Shown here one piece after another: positions 14,467-23,239 of a DNA stretch of 25,145 bases. The notes beneath the pieces are model-generated. The model was not told the origin of the DNA. It made no database searches and saw only the letters and a list, made by a program, of their open reading frames with translations. A program made the position numbers and the translations under genes. How positions within the stretch are numbered: the stretch's first letter is position 1; every line of letters begins with the position of its first letter. This stretch comes from a virus (Duplodnaviria > Caudoviricetes), in the IMG/VR virus record IMGVR_UViG_3300049910_000003, positions 1 through 25,145 of that record, one strand, 5' to 3'.

Positions 14467-15825
14467 TTAGTAGGCCCAAAGGCCTTCGTCCCATACGTCG
14501 CGATCCCATAGACCGACTTTGAACACGGCCGCGGCGCCAAACGTCTTTAGGTTTACGTTCCATTCGTGCGCGCTGATTGTGTGTTCGATTGATTCGGTTT
14601 GGAGTTGCGCGACAACTTGAAACCCTGTGGCGCGCCTACGTACTTCGACCATCCATAGAAGGCCGATCGTTAGTGCGGCCTCAATCGTGTTCGGAAACAC
14701 GGACGGCTTAAACGAGAGAGAATCGATGCGTTGCGCCGCGTCTTTCCACGTATCTAGGTAAATCTGCGCGATCGTTGGGCCTTGCGCGTCGTCTTCGTGA
14801 ATCAAGTCCGTACGTTGGTAAGTGTGTTGCCCGTAACGCGCGATCGAATGCGTATCGCTAACTGTGTGTTTGATTGGTTCCGGTGCCGTGTCGTCGCCTG
14901 GCGGTTTCGTGTTCGCAACCGTGACGATGTTCTTTACTTCGTCAACGTTCATTAGCAACGCGATTTCGTCGTAACACAACTCCGGTTCGACTTCGCCAAA
15001 CACAAGCTGAACCTCCGTATACAACGGATCGGTTTCTAAGCCTGTGCGATCACGAAAACGAATCGTGCCGTCCGGCAGGCAAAACAACGCGCCGACTTCG
15101 GTATCAATGACGATCCCGGCCTCTGATTCCATGTTCTGATTTAGAACCGTGGCTAACAACGGGATTGACCCGGCGTCTAACTGTGGCATGCCTTGATAGC
15201 CGATAGCCGCGAAGATTCTTTCAAGTCGTGCGCCTGGCAACTCTCCCGCGCCTACTGGCGGTTGTTCTATGCCGTCAACTAGCGCCAGGTACTTAAGATC
15301 GTCGGTAGCGTTAAACGTAACTTCGTGGCCGGTTACGTTCGGAAACTCATCCGCGATCGCGTCAACTGTGCCGTGGAAAATCGGGTAGTCAACGTCGTTG
15401 TATGTCGCGCCGATTCGTAGACCTATGCCGGGTCGGATGCGGCTATACGATTCGGCGTCGGCCGCGTCGGTCCATGGCGTATAGATGCCTTCGGGATCGT
15501 TGACGACGATGGACGCGGTACCAACACGGAAACGGCCTAACGGTGCGTCTCGGCCTTCGTTCGTGCCAATGCTTATTACGTCACAAGCTACGTCATGTTC
15601 TATGGCGTCTCCGGTCCATGTATCGGCGCTATCCCATTGCGCAACGTCCCAAAGGCTTACGGGATCGCCTGGCGCGTAATACTGCAACCACGCGTGAAAC
15701 TTGACGCCTTTAACCGGCCCTACTGTGTTCGGGTCCGATTGGTGCGCTATGCCGAATGGTTGCGGCCGTAGTTCGTCGGCCCATTGTGTGCCGGGTCCGG
15801 AGTAGAACACGTCATTAACCGTCAT
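14467..15825 (-). CDS. Minor tail protein (tail tip / baseplate hub-like)
   Basis: Follows the tape measure gene with an ATGA overlap; GR......G.A...V.D..G and D..SIARYG motifs. Confidence 0.8.
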   Translation of the reverse strand: MTVNDVFYSGPGTQWADELRPQPFGIAHQSDPNTVGPVKGVKFHAWLQYYAPGDPVSLWDVAQWDSADTWTGDAIEHDVACDVISIGTNEGRDAPLGRFRVGTASIVVNDPEGIYTPWTDAADAESYSRIRPGIGLRIGATYNDVDYPIFHGTVDAIADEFPNVTGHEVTFNATDDLKYLALVDGIEQPPVGAGELPGARLERIFAAIGYQGMPQLDAGSIPLLATVLNQNMESEAGIVIDTEVGALFCLPDGTIRFRDRTGLETDPLYTEVQLVFGEVEPELCYDEIALLMNVDEVKNIVTVANTKPPGDDTAPEPIKHTVSDTHSIARYGQHTYQRTDLIHEDDAQGPTIAQIYLDTWKDAAQRIDSLSFKPSVFPNTIEAALTIGLLWMVEVRRRATGFQVVAQLQTESIEHTISAHEWNVNLKTFGAAAVFKVGLWDRDVWDEGLWAY

Positions 15826-17588
15826 GGCCGACCCGTCACGGTTCTACGCCACGAAGTACCGGCTACGGATTCGTAACTACGGATTGCGTCTACGACGGCA
15901 CGGCCGGTTTGAACCGGGTTAGCGGTTACCGGCACGGTTACGTAGATGTTGACGTTGCCGCCACTACCGGCCGCGGCCTGTGAGGCCATAGGCGTTATCA
16001 CTTCGGCCGGGTGCAACCACGCGAGGCCTTGCGTTAGCGTGTACCCGCCTTGCGCTAGTTCGGGAATCTTCGGCAGGCCTATTGTTTGTCCGCCGATATG
16101 TACCGGCCCAATGTTTACGGCCGGTACCGTAAACTGTATGCCGTTCCATGCGCGAATAACCGCGTTGATTGGGCCTTTAATCGCATTGGCGATTGACGAA
16201 ACGGCACCGCTTACCTTGCCGACGATACCGCCTATAACGTCGGCCAACGCTTGAAACTTACCGGCAACCCAGTTATAAACCTCCGTGGCCGCTGCAATGG
16301 GTAGTTTGATTGCCGCAACAATCGCGCTTATTGCGCTACCGATCGCGCCTGCCACAGTGTGAAAGATCGAAACGAGGTTTTGCCAACGTGCCGCAACCCA
16401 ACTAGTTACGGCCGTTGCGGCCGACTTGACCTGATCCCAATACTTGTAAATGAGAGCTACCGCTAGTGCGATCGGCCCTAGCATTATGCCTAGGATCAAA
16501 GGCCAGTTGCCTTTTAGCCAGTTGAATACGGCTTGTGCCGCGGCCGTGATCCAGCCGAAGGCAACTTGTATCCCTGCCCACGCGGCTTGTACCGCGTCAC
16601 GGAACCACCCGACTTTTTGGTAGGCAATCACAAGGATTGCTATTAGGGCAATGATCGCCAACACAACTAGCATGATTGGGTTAGCGTTTAGGGCCGCATT
16701 CCATAGCCACGTTGCGGCCGTCGCTATACCCGTAGCGGCCGTGGCGATTGACTGTGCCGCTTGATACAGCTTGACGGCCACTACAACGCCAACGATTGCG
16801 GCCGCTAGTACCGTCATAATGCCGGGATACTGCTTAAACAGATTGGCTACCGTCTGTATCGGTCCCATCATTTGAATAAAGACGCCGGACAACTGCGTAA
16901 TGATCGGCATTAACGCTTGGCCTACCGTCGTCTGTAGGGCCTTCATCTGTAGGCCCATATTCTTAATCCGGCCTGCCGACGTATCGGCCTGTTTCGCGGC
17001 CTGGCCTCCGAACGTGCGGTTGGCGTTTTGCATGATTTGATCCATGCTTAACGCCTTGCCTGCCGCGTCTTTCGTTGCGATTCCCAACCGGCCTACGGCA
17101 CCCGCATTGCCTAGATAACCCTTCGTCAACGCCTGTGACACTTGCGCCAATGGCTTACCGGAACCGGCCGAAATGTCTAGGGCCGTCTGCAACGCGCCTT
17201 GCGCCTTCGTAATGTCACCTGTACCGCGTAGCAACGATTCAAACGCGGGCCGTAGTTCACCCTTACTAACTGCGGCCTGTTTGGACATTGACGAAAGGAA
17301 ACTACCGGCCGACGCTACTTGTTTGTCCGTTGCGCCTGCCACGTTCTTTAGCGTTGTCGCGAAACGTTGGTTAGCCTGTTCCGCGTTCATTGCCATTTGA
17401 ATGGACCCGGTAAAGAAATCCTTTGCCTTAGAGGCCGCTTGTGTAAGAACGTTGCCGCCGAAGACGCCTGCCGCTACCTGGCCGATACTGCCTAGCTTTG
17501 ACTTCGTAACGGACGCGGCCGTAGCCATGCCTTTTTCAAGACCGCTAGTATCTGTGCCGTATTTAACGTCAATGGTAGGTCCGGCCAC
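15822..17588 (-). CDS. Tape measure protein
   Basis: 588 aa, Ala/Gly-rich and helical with periodic W/F; C-terminal IP.LA.GG...HP.E.ITP. Confidence 0.92.
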   Translation of the reverse strand: MAGPTIDVKYGTDTSGLEKGMATAASVTKSKLGSIGQVAAGVFGGNVLTQAASKAKDFFTGSIQMAMNAEQANQRFATTLKNVAGATDKQVASAGSFLSSMSKQAAVSKGELRPAFESLLRGTGDITKAQGALQTALDISAGSGKPLAQVSQALTKGYLGNAGAVGRLGIATKDAAGKALSMDQIMQNANRTFGGQAAKQADTSAGRIKNMGLQMKALQTTVGQALMPIITQLSGVFIQMMGPIQTVANLFKQYPGIMTVLAAAIVGVVVAVKLYQAAQSIATAATGIATAATWLWNAALNANPIMLVVLAIIALIAILVIAYQKVGWFRDAVQAAWAGIQVAFGWITAAAQAVFNWLKGNWPLILGIMLGPIALAVALIYKYWDQVKSAATAVTSWVAARWQNLVSIFHTVAGAIGSAISAIVAAIKLPIAAATEVYNWVAGKFQALADVIGGIVGKVSGAVSSIANAIKGPINAVIRAWNGIQFTVPAVNIGPVHIGGQTIGLPKIPELAQGGYTLTQGLAWLHPAEVITPMASQAAAGSGGNVNIYVTVPVTANPVQTGRAVVDAIRSYESVAGTSWRRTVTGRP

Positions 17589-17591
17589 GGC

Positions 17592-18013
17592 TTAGTGTCT
17601 CCGTGTAGCGCGTCGGTTGGCCTTGTTTATGGCCTTGATTTCGGCCCGCATGTATTTAACGAATGCGAGGTATTCGTCCGTCGTCATTTCGTCAACTTCC
17701 CGCGGTGTTAGTCGCCAGAATCGGCAAAATGCCGCGAGGCCGTCGCAATGACGACTTATGTAGGGTCCGGCGTCTCGTTTTCAAACTCGATCGGTACGTC
17801 TCCGGCCTGTTCCCATGACGGTTCGTAGCCTTCCTTGCGCAACTCAAACCACGCGAAGGCTTGCATTACGTTTGCCGGATCGTTCATTACGCGATCCATC
17901 GGCATTCCCGTTACTGCCGCCAACGTGCGTAGTTGGTTTGCGCTGAACCGTGGCGTACCTTTGACAACCACGAAGGCAGGTAGGCCGGTTTCACTGTTTA
18001 GGGTTTGTGCCAT
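17592..18013 (-). CDS. Tail assembly chaperone, long form via -1 programmed frameshift
   Basis: The -1 frame is open across GAC CCT ACA TAA (17767-17756). It reads PYISRHCDGLAAFCRFWRLTPREVDEMTTDEYLAFVKYM... to TAA 17592, 3 nt before the tape measure start. Confidence 0.7.
17756..18013 (-). CDS. Tail assembly chaperone, short form
   Basis: Position upstream of the tape measure gene; ends in DPT. Confidence 0.75.
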   Translation of the reverse strand: MAQTLNSETGLPAFVVVKGTPRFSANQLRTLAAVTGMPMDRVMNDPANVMQAFAWFELRKEGYEPSWEQAGDVPIEFENETPDPT

Positions 18014-18393
18014 CTGTAACCGTTCACTTCCCTAACCGCGGACTGTTCCAACGCGGCTACGTAGTCGTTCTCTGTTCCTGTGAAGACCGGGTATAGGTAA
18101 CGGCCCGCGGGTACGGCCTCGCGGCCACGGCTACCGCCAAACTCGATCCACCCGGCATACGGCGCGCGGCCTTCGTTGTAGCCCACAGACTGCCCACCCG
18201 ATACGGCCAACGTCTCTAGTGATCCACGAAGGTTGCCGGTTAGTACCGGCACCCGGCCGCGCGTCGCCTCTGCCGTCTTTGAGGCGTACTCCGTTGCGAT
18301 CCGTTCCGCGTCTGCCGCCATTAGGTGGCCGACTTTGACCATATCGGCCGCGGCTTCGTTGACGCCTAGAAACGTGATCCCTTTCTCTGCCAT
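17998..18393 (-). CDS. HK97 gp10-like tail completion/neck protein
   Basis: VPV.TG.LR.S, APYA.WIEFG and GRYLYP motifs. Confidence 0.8.
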   Translation of the reverse strand: MAEKGITFLGVNEAAADMVKVGHLMAADAERIATEYASKTAEATRGRVPVLTGNLRGSLETLAVSGGQSVGYNEGRAPYAGWIEFGGSRGREAVPAGRYLYPVFTGTENDYVAALEQSAVREVNGYRWHKP

Positions 18394-18396
18394 GGC

Positions 18397-18909
18397 CTAG
18401 GCCGCGGGTGTTGTACCGCTACTAGGTGCCGTTGACGTTGACGAAGACGCACTAGCGGCCGTTGTTGTAGGCGGCACGATGAGAAACTCCGGTTCGCCTT
18501 GAATGGCTAGTTCAATGTCGCTATCGGAGGCCTCATTGACGTTGGCCGCAATGAACGGCACCGTAGGAACGCGACACTTCCCTTTCATTAGTGGATTGGT
18601 CGCGCTAACGGGTTGCGTTGCATCCGGCAAAAACTCGAAATCTACGACTTGACCCGCCAACGGGTGCAATACCTGCCATGGGCCGTCTGTGTCGTAGTTT
18701 TGGTAAATGCTCAACGTCAACGTATGGTGAGCAACGCCGTAGACACGGTACGAACCGCAAAACGTGTCATAGTCGTTCGTGTCTTGATCGGCCGCATGTT
18801 CCACCTGGTGAGCCGCGCATCGTAGTTCTTTCAAGTCCGGATCAATGCCGACTTTGATTGACGGCTTCGTCAGAATGAATGGCGGAAACTCTACGTCGGT
18901 AACTGTCAC
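18397..18909 (-). CDS. Major tail (tube) protein
   Basis: Position; strong AAAGGGA SD; TFCG and S..NP...G motifs; acidic and beta-rich. Confidence 0.8.
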   Translation of the reverse strand: MTVTDVEFPPFILTKPSIKVGIDPDLKELRCAAHQVEHAADQDTNDYDTFCGSYRVYGVAHHTLTLSIYQNYDTDGPWQVLHPLAGQVVDFEFLPDATQPVSATNPLMKGKCRVPTVPFIAANVNEASDSDIELAIQGEPEFLIVPPTTTAASASSSTSTAPSSGTTPAA

Positions 18910-18923
18910 GGCGGTTCCCTTTC

Positions 18924-19298
18924 TTAAAACGTCACGGCCGCGCGCAGTCCTATACGCGTGGCTATGTAGCCAAGTGCCGCGATGTCAAAGACGCGCGGCC
19001 CACTAATGCGCACGATTCCCCAACCGTTAGAGTCATCGCGCAAACGTGCGATTACGTCGGCAACCATGGCCTCTAAGACGTTGAGAGTTTCGCCTGGTTC
19101 AACACGGCCGGCCACTGGCATAACTACCGGGTGAACAATGCCGGTACAAACGCCGGTTGACTCAAACCATGGTTCGTCCCATAGAAGCATGACGCACGGA
19201 ACATCAATAGCGTCTACAAGGTCTTTGTAGAGTTGGTATTCGTTGTCTGTCGGCGCTAACACTGTCGCCAACGTTGTCCGCACGTCATTGAGTTTCAC
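18924..19298 (-). CDS. Putative tail terminator
   Basis: Lies between the adaptor and tail tube genes; GTGA overlap at 19295-19298. Confidence 0.65.
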   Translation of the reverse strand: MKLNDVRTTLATVLAPTDNEYQLYKDLVDAIDVPCVMLLWDEPWFESTGVCTGIVHPVVMPVAGRVEPGETLNVLEAMVADVIARLRDDSNGWGIVRISGPRVFDIAALGYIATRIGLRAAVTF

Positions 19299-19642
19299 GC
19301 GAGGCCAAACTGTTGTTTCCATAGCGGGTCAATAACCCAACTATGACGGCCGAAGGAATCCTTCGGCGCGCGTAGTGCGCCTGTATCTGCGTAACCAACA
19401 ACGCCGAACGCCGCGTCATTGGCCTTGTACCATTCGACCGCGCGCGCAATGGCTACGGATACGATCACGTCCGGCGTCGGTTCCGGTAACGGATCGTCTT
19501 CGTAGCGGTCTAGTGATGCGTCGATTTCGTCGCTAGCCGCGTCAACGCACCGTTGTAGGTACGGCGTGTTCGTTGGCGTTGCCGTTGTGCGTACGGCCTG
19601 TGCCAACTGTTCCGGCGTTGCGTACGATCGTTCCCTAGCCAT
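19295..19642 (-). CDS. Head-to-tail adaptor (gp6/gp15-like)
   Basis: YAT.EQL...C.DAAS.EID...AVE.YK...A.FGV.G pattern; immediately after the capsid gene. Confidence 0.78.
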   Translation of the reverse strand: MARERSYATPEQLAQAVRTTATPTNTPYLQRCVDAASDEIDASLDRYEDDPLPEPTPDVIVSVAIARAVEWYKANDAAFGVVGYADTGALRAPKDSFGRHSWVIDPLWKQQFGLA

Positions 19643-19660
19643 TGCGCTTACGGCCTTCGG

Positions 19661-20950
19661 TTACTTACCGCTAGCGGCCGTTGAGGCCGACAACGGAGGT
19701 GGCGCAGGTGGCACAAGGTGAACGAACGCGGCCGGTTCCATGGCCTCTGACGCAAACGCGCCAATGACGCCTACCTCCATGCCGCCAATCGACGGTTCGA
19801 CCGCGCGCAACTCAACTGGCGCACCCGCGGTTTCGGCACACAACAACAGTTGTGAGTTACCGACGATCACGGCCGGGTTGCTAAGGCCGGGTGACGTAAC
19901 CAACGTCATTCCGGCAATAGAACCTTGACCCGTTGTCGCATTGATCGTACCGGCCGCGTTGAATACGGGTGCCATGTTTGACGCAAGACCCGCCAACTTA
20001 AAGCCCGTAGCAACGTCGGCCCAAATGGTATCGGCCCGAACGCGTGCGTTGGTCATTACCATTCCGGCCGCGGCAACGATCGCGGCATACCAACCGGGAA
20101 AGTCGTCACTAGCAACCGGCACACTGTCGGGTGTTGCCGCCGCGACGATTGTTGCGCCTGCCGCGGTTTCCGTTTGGATTGCGTAGGCCTCTGCCGCCAG
20201 TTGGAACCAAAGCAACAGCGCGTCCGGCACAGTCCAGTTGATCGTTTGCCATGAAAGATCACCCGCGCCTAGGAACGTGTCCGCTAGCACTTCGTTCATG
20301 GCAACAACCATCTTTTGTGACGGTGTTTCGGTTTTCTCTGCGGCCTGCTTTGAGACGGTCGGCCGTTGTGTGATCTTCGGGTATGTCAACTTGCCGTTTT
20401 GCAACGTGATTTGACGCGCGGACGTAACGATCGGCCGTGCCGTACTGATTACGTCGATTATCTGCGCCAAGTGTTGCGGAGGCAGTAGGCCGGGAACATC
20501 CGAAGTAATCGTGTTCGCAACGGCGCGCGTTAGTACGCGTTCCCTTGCCTGTTCCCGCGTCATACCGGCACGAACCGCGATCGAATCAAACCGCGCGATG
20601 ATTTCGTCGCGTGCGTACTCCGCAAACGTGCGGTACAAGACTTGATTGCCGGTACCGCGCGCGCGGTCGTTCTGTTCGTCGTCGTTACGCCGGTTCTCCG
20701 GCACGGATACCCGCGCACGTTCCAACACGGCCCGCGCGTCGCGTGACTGTTCCCGCGTTTCCTCAATATCGAGTTGCAACGCGATTTGCGGTTCTAGGTC
20801 CGTGAGGCGTTGACGTTGACGCGTCAACAACTCTCGTTCGGCCTCTGACGGATCGCGGCCGTCGTCTTCGATCGCGTGTAGTACGTCGTCAATCTGCGCG
20901 TTGATCGAATCACGTTCCGCCGCGAGGCGTTCTAGTACGGCATTACGCAT
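19661..20950 (-). CDS. Major capsid protein, HK97 fold, with N-terminal coiled-coil scaffold (delta) domain
   Basis: Charged helical N-terminus, GLLPP...IID.I...RP and Q.AEK.E motifs; GAAAGGGA SD. Confidence 0.92.
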   Translation of the reverse strand: MRNAVLERLAAERDSINAQIDDVLHAIEDDGRDPSEAERELLTRQRQRLTDLEPQIALQLDIEETREQSRDARAVLERARVSVPENRRNDDEQNDRARGTGNQVLYRTFAEYARDEIIARFDSIAVRAGMTREQARERVLTRAVANTITSDVPGLLPPQHLAQIIDVISTARPIVTSARQITLQNGKLTYPKITQRPTVSKQAAEKTETPSQKMVVAMNEVLADTFLGAGDLSWQTINWTVPDALLLWFQLAAEAYAIQTETAAGATIVAAATPDSVPVASDDFPGWYAAIVAAAGMVMTNARVRADTIWADVATGFKLAGLASNMAPVFNAAGTINATTGQGSIAGMTLVTSPGLSNPAVIVGNSQLLLCAETAGAPVELRAVEPSIGGMEVGVIGAFASEAMEPAAFVHLVPPAPPPLSASTAASGK

Positions 20951-20988
20951 GACTGTTTCCCTTTCAAACGTCGTGTTCGTCGTCTGTC

Positions 20989-21053
20989 CGGGAGGCCGTC
21001 TACCTACGGGTTGCCGCGTGATACGCGGGAGGCCGTCTACGTACGGGTTGCCG
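20989..21053. repeat. Two 28-bp direct repeats (1 mismatch) in the capsid gene leader
   Basis: CGGGAGGCCGTCTAC(C/G)TACGGGTTGCCG at 20989-21016 and 21026-21053. Confidence 0.9.
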
Positions 21054-21067
21054 GTTACCTCGCGCGG

Positions 21068-21664
21068 TTACTGGCCGCGCAGTTTCGCTAGCCGATCGTC
21101 TAACGCCTTGTTCGGTACTGGCCGCAACGCCTGTAGTTCGCGTGACAACGCCTCTACGGGTGCGCTACGTACCGATTCGATTAGTGCGCCTTTGTAGGCC
21201 GGATCACGTACTAGGCCTACATGGTCAAGATGGCAGGCCGCGCGCACGACTACGCCACGCGGGCCGTTGAGAGAACGCAACGGTACGAAACCGACGCTAA
21301 AGCCGTCGATTAGTTCGGCTTCGATCATTGCTAACGCTTGTTCGGCCGCGGCGCTACGTTCCATCGCGCGGAACGACCCCCAAAGGCCGTCGTTGCGTTC
21401 CTGTAGTTCGATTGAAGGTCCGATTACCTCTAGTACCGAATCACTGTGACCGTACCGCAAGTCAACACGACGGCCCGCGGCCGTGGAACGCACGGCGCGC
21501 TTGAATGATCCTGGCGCGAACATTTCATCGTAAAGCGGGCCGTTGGGATCGTCGGCTACGCGTGCCGGTTCGTTGTATGGAACAACGCGGCCGGTAATCG
21601 TGCGGCCGTCTCCCGTTAGCTTGGCGTGATCGAATGCGCGCAACAACACCGTTTGTTCTGTCAT
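21068..21664 (-). CDS. HK97-family prohead maturation protease
   Basis: G..VPY, E.FAPGSF, L.YGH, DGFSVGF and L.HVGLV..PAY.GA motifs. Confidence 0.92.
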   Translation of the reverse strand: MTEQTVLLRAFDHAKLTGDGRTITGRVVPYNEPARVADDPNGPLYDEMFAPGSFKRAVRSTAAGRRVDLRYGHSDSVLEVIGPSIELQERNDGLWGSFRAMERSAAAEQALAMIEAELIDGFSVGFVPLRSLNGPRGVVVRAACHLDHVGLVRDPAYKGALIESVRSAPVEALSRELQALRPVPNKALDDRLAKLRGQ

Positions 21665-22869
21665 TGTGATTGAACCACCGTGAGAGGTGCCGGTACTGAC
21701 ACGTTCTGTGCGTCCGGCGCAGTAACGCCGGGTTGTTCCGTGAGGCCTAGTGCCTCGCCTTCGGCCAATGGTGGCAAGTTAAGTACGCGTGCGCGTACTT
21801 CGTCGGCCGTCACAACTTGCGCGTTAAGTAAGGCAATGTAGCTACTAACCATTGTCTCAAACGCGGGCCGGAGAACTAGCGACGGATCAAACTCAATCCA
21901 GTTGCCGCCCGGTAGCCAGTTGCTAAGGCCTGCCGTCAAGGCATGCGCGTTAGGCAGTAGTTCGGCGCGCCACCATATTTCAAACAGTTGTACCGGGTTT
22001 TGATACGTGAGGCCACCCGACATAGCAAGGTTCAAGAGAAATGCCGGTACTCCGAACGCGCTTGCTATCTGCTTCGTATCAAACTCGCGCAACTCCAATA
22101 GCATTAAGTCGCGCGGTGAAAACGCCAGTACCGAAAAGTCTAGGTTTTGGTCTAGTACCGCGGGTGCGCCTTGCCTATTACTGACGGCCGCTACCCATTG
22201 CGCCTGTAGGTCACTAGCTTGTTTCTGCGTTAGCTTGCCTTGATTCCATTTTAGAACCGTGGCAGGAACGCCGGAACGATCGAAGTTGTTAGCCGCGAAC
22301 GTTTCACTAGACCATGCCGACGCGAGGTTAGACCAATACGCTTGCAACGCGGGAGTACCGCGCAACGCACCCGCGCGCGGGTCACGTTTGATATGTAGTA
22401 CGTCTTCCCGCGCCAATGCGTAGCCGTTACTTTCGTAGATCGGCGCGCCGTATTCGTCGGCCTGTACCGACATTGTTACCGGGTCCAACACAATCCACGT
22501 TGCCGGAAACCCGGTAGCGAGACGTGACGTTACGTACAGGAACGTTTCACCGCGCGAGTACCGCGACCATACGGCCGCGAATATCGCCTCCGCAATATCG
22601 TTGTAGTATTCCGGTTCCGGGTTTTGAGTCCAGGCCGGTTGCGGTGAACGGCCGTTATACTTTAACGGCATTGCGCTTACTTGTTGAGACGTGAGTTGTA
22701 GACAACGGTTAACCGCGCCGAGTTTCTCCATGAATAGCGGTGACATTGAACCGCCACTAAGGCTATTCACGAACGACGCGATTAGCGGGTCTATGTTGCT
22801 AAAGCCTGTGCCGTCCGATAGAACCGGCGTACCGACTAAGGAACGTTGCCGTTTCTTTAGGCCCAACAA
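21661..22869 (-). CDS. Portal protein, HK97 family
   Basis: VLHIK...G, SP.D..LLE.R.F....IA.AFGVP..L and TY.N motifs; TTG start after a GGAG SD. Confidence 0.92.
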   Translation of the reverse strand: MLGLKKRQRSLVGTPVLSDGTGFSNIDPLIASFVNSLSGGSMSPLFMEKLGAVNRCLQLTSQQVSAMPLKYNGRSPQPAWTQNPEPEYYNDIAEAIFAAVWSRYSRGETFLYVTSRLATGFPATWIVLDPVTMSVQADEYGAPIYESNGYALAREDVLHIKRDPRAGALRGTPALQAYWSNLASAWSSETFAANNFDRSGVPATVLKWNQGKLTQKQASDLQAQWVAAVSNRQGAPAVLDQNLDFSVLAFSPRDLMLLELREFDTKQIASAFGVPAFLLNLAMSGGLTYQNPVQLFEIWWRAELLPNAHALTAGLSNWLPGGNWIEFDPSLVLRPAFETMVSSYIALLNAQVVTADEVRARVLNLPPLAEGEALGLTEQPGVTAPDAQNVSVPAPLTVVQSQ

Positions 22870-23157
22870 CTACCGTCTCCGTAGACCTGGCGCATGTACG
22901 GTTCCATGCGCACGACTTACCGTCTTTATTTGGCCTTGTGTCCGTGTCCGTGCAACCTTCGCAACCTTCGGATAGCTACCACGCGTGTTGCGTTGTGACG
23001 CACGGCTTAAAGCGTTGCGGTGAATGTTGAGGCGTTGCTTTTCGCTAATACCCGCGCGTCTTGCCTGTGCCTTTGTAGGCATTGGGTATTTGCGTTGCGA
23101 CGGGATCGCAAAGGCCGACTTCGGTAATGCGTTGCGTTGTTTTGCGGTTAGTGCCAT
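22870..23157 (-). CDS. Small very basic protein (LT.KQR..LP.SAFA.P..RKYP; DUF6582-like by recollection)
   Basis: GGAGG SD before ATG 23157; 95 aa, Arg/Lys-rich with a single acidic residue. Confidence 0.8.
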   Translation of the reverse strand: MALTAKQRNALPKSAFAIPSQRKYPMPTKAQARRAGISEKQRLNIHRNALSRASQRNTRGSYPKVAKVARTRTQGQIKTVSRAHGTVHAPGLRRR

Positions 23158-23198
23158 ATGTTTTTGCCTCCATGCGACACGGCCCGCGTTTGCTAAAC

Positions 23199-23227
23199 AG
23201 AATGGAACCGAACGATCACAAACGCAA
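23199..23227 (-). promoter_or_regulatory. Putative internal late promoter between terL and the head genes
   Basis: TTGCGT(23227-23222)-N17-CATTCT(23204-23199) in the 82-nt intergenic gap. Confidence 0.55.
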
Positions 23228-23239
23228 GTGCAATCTGCG

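Noticed and set aside
20989-21053. Possible mini-CRISPR (28-bp repeats)
   Set aside because: Only two copies with a 9-bp spacer, and no cas genes.
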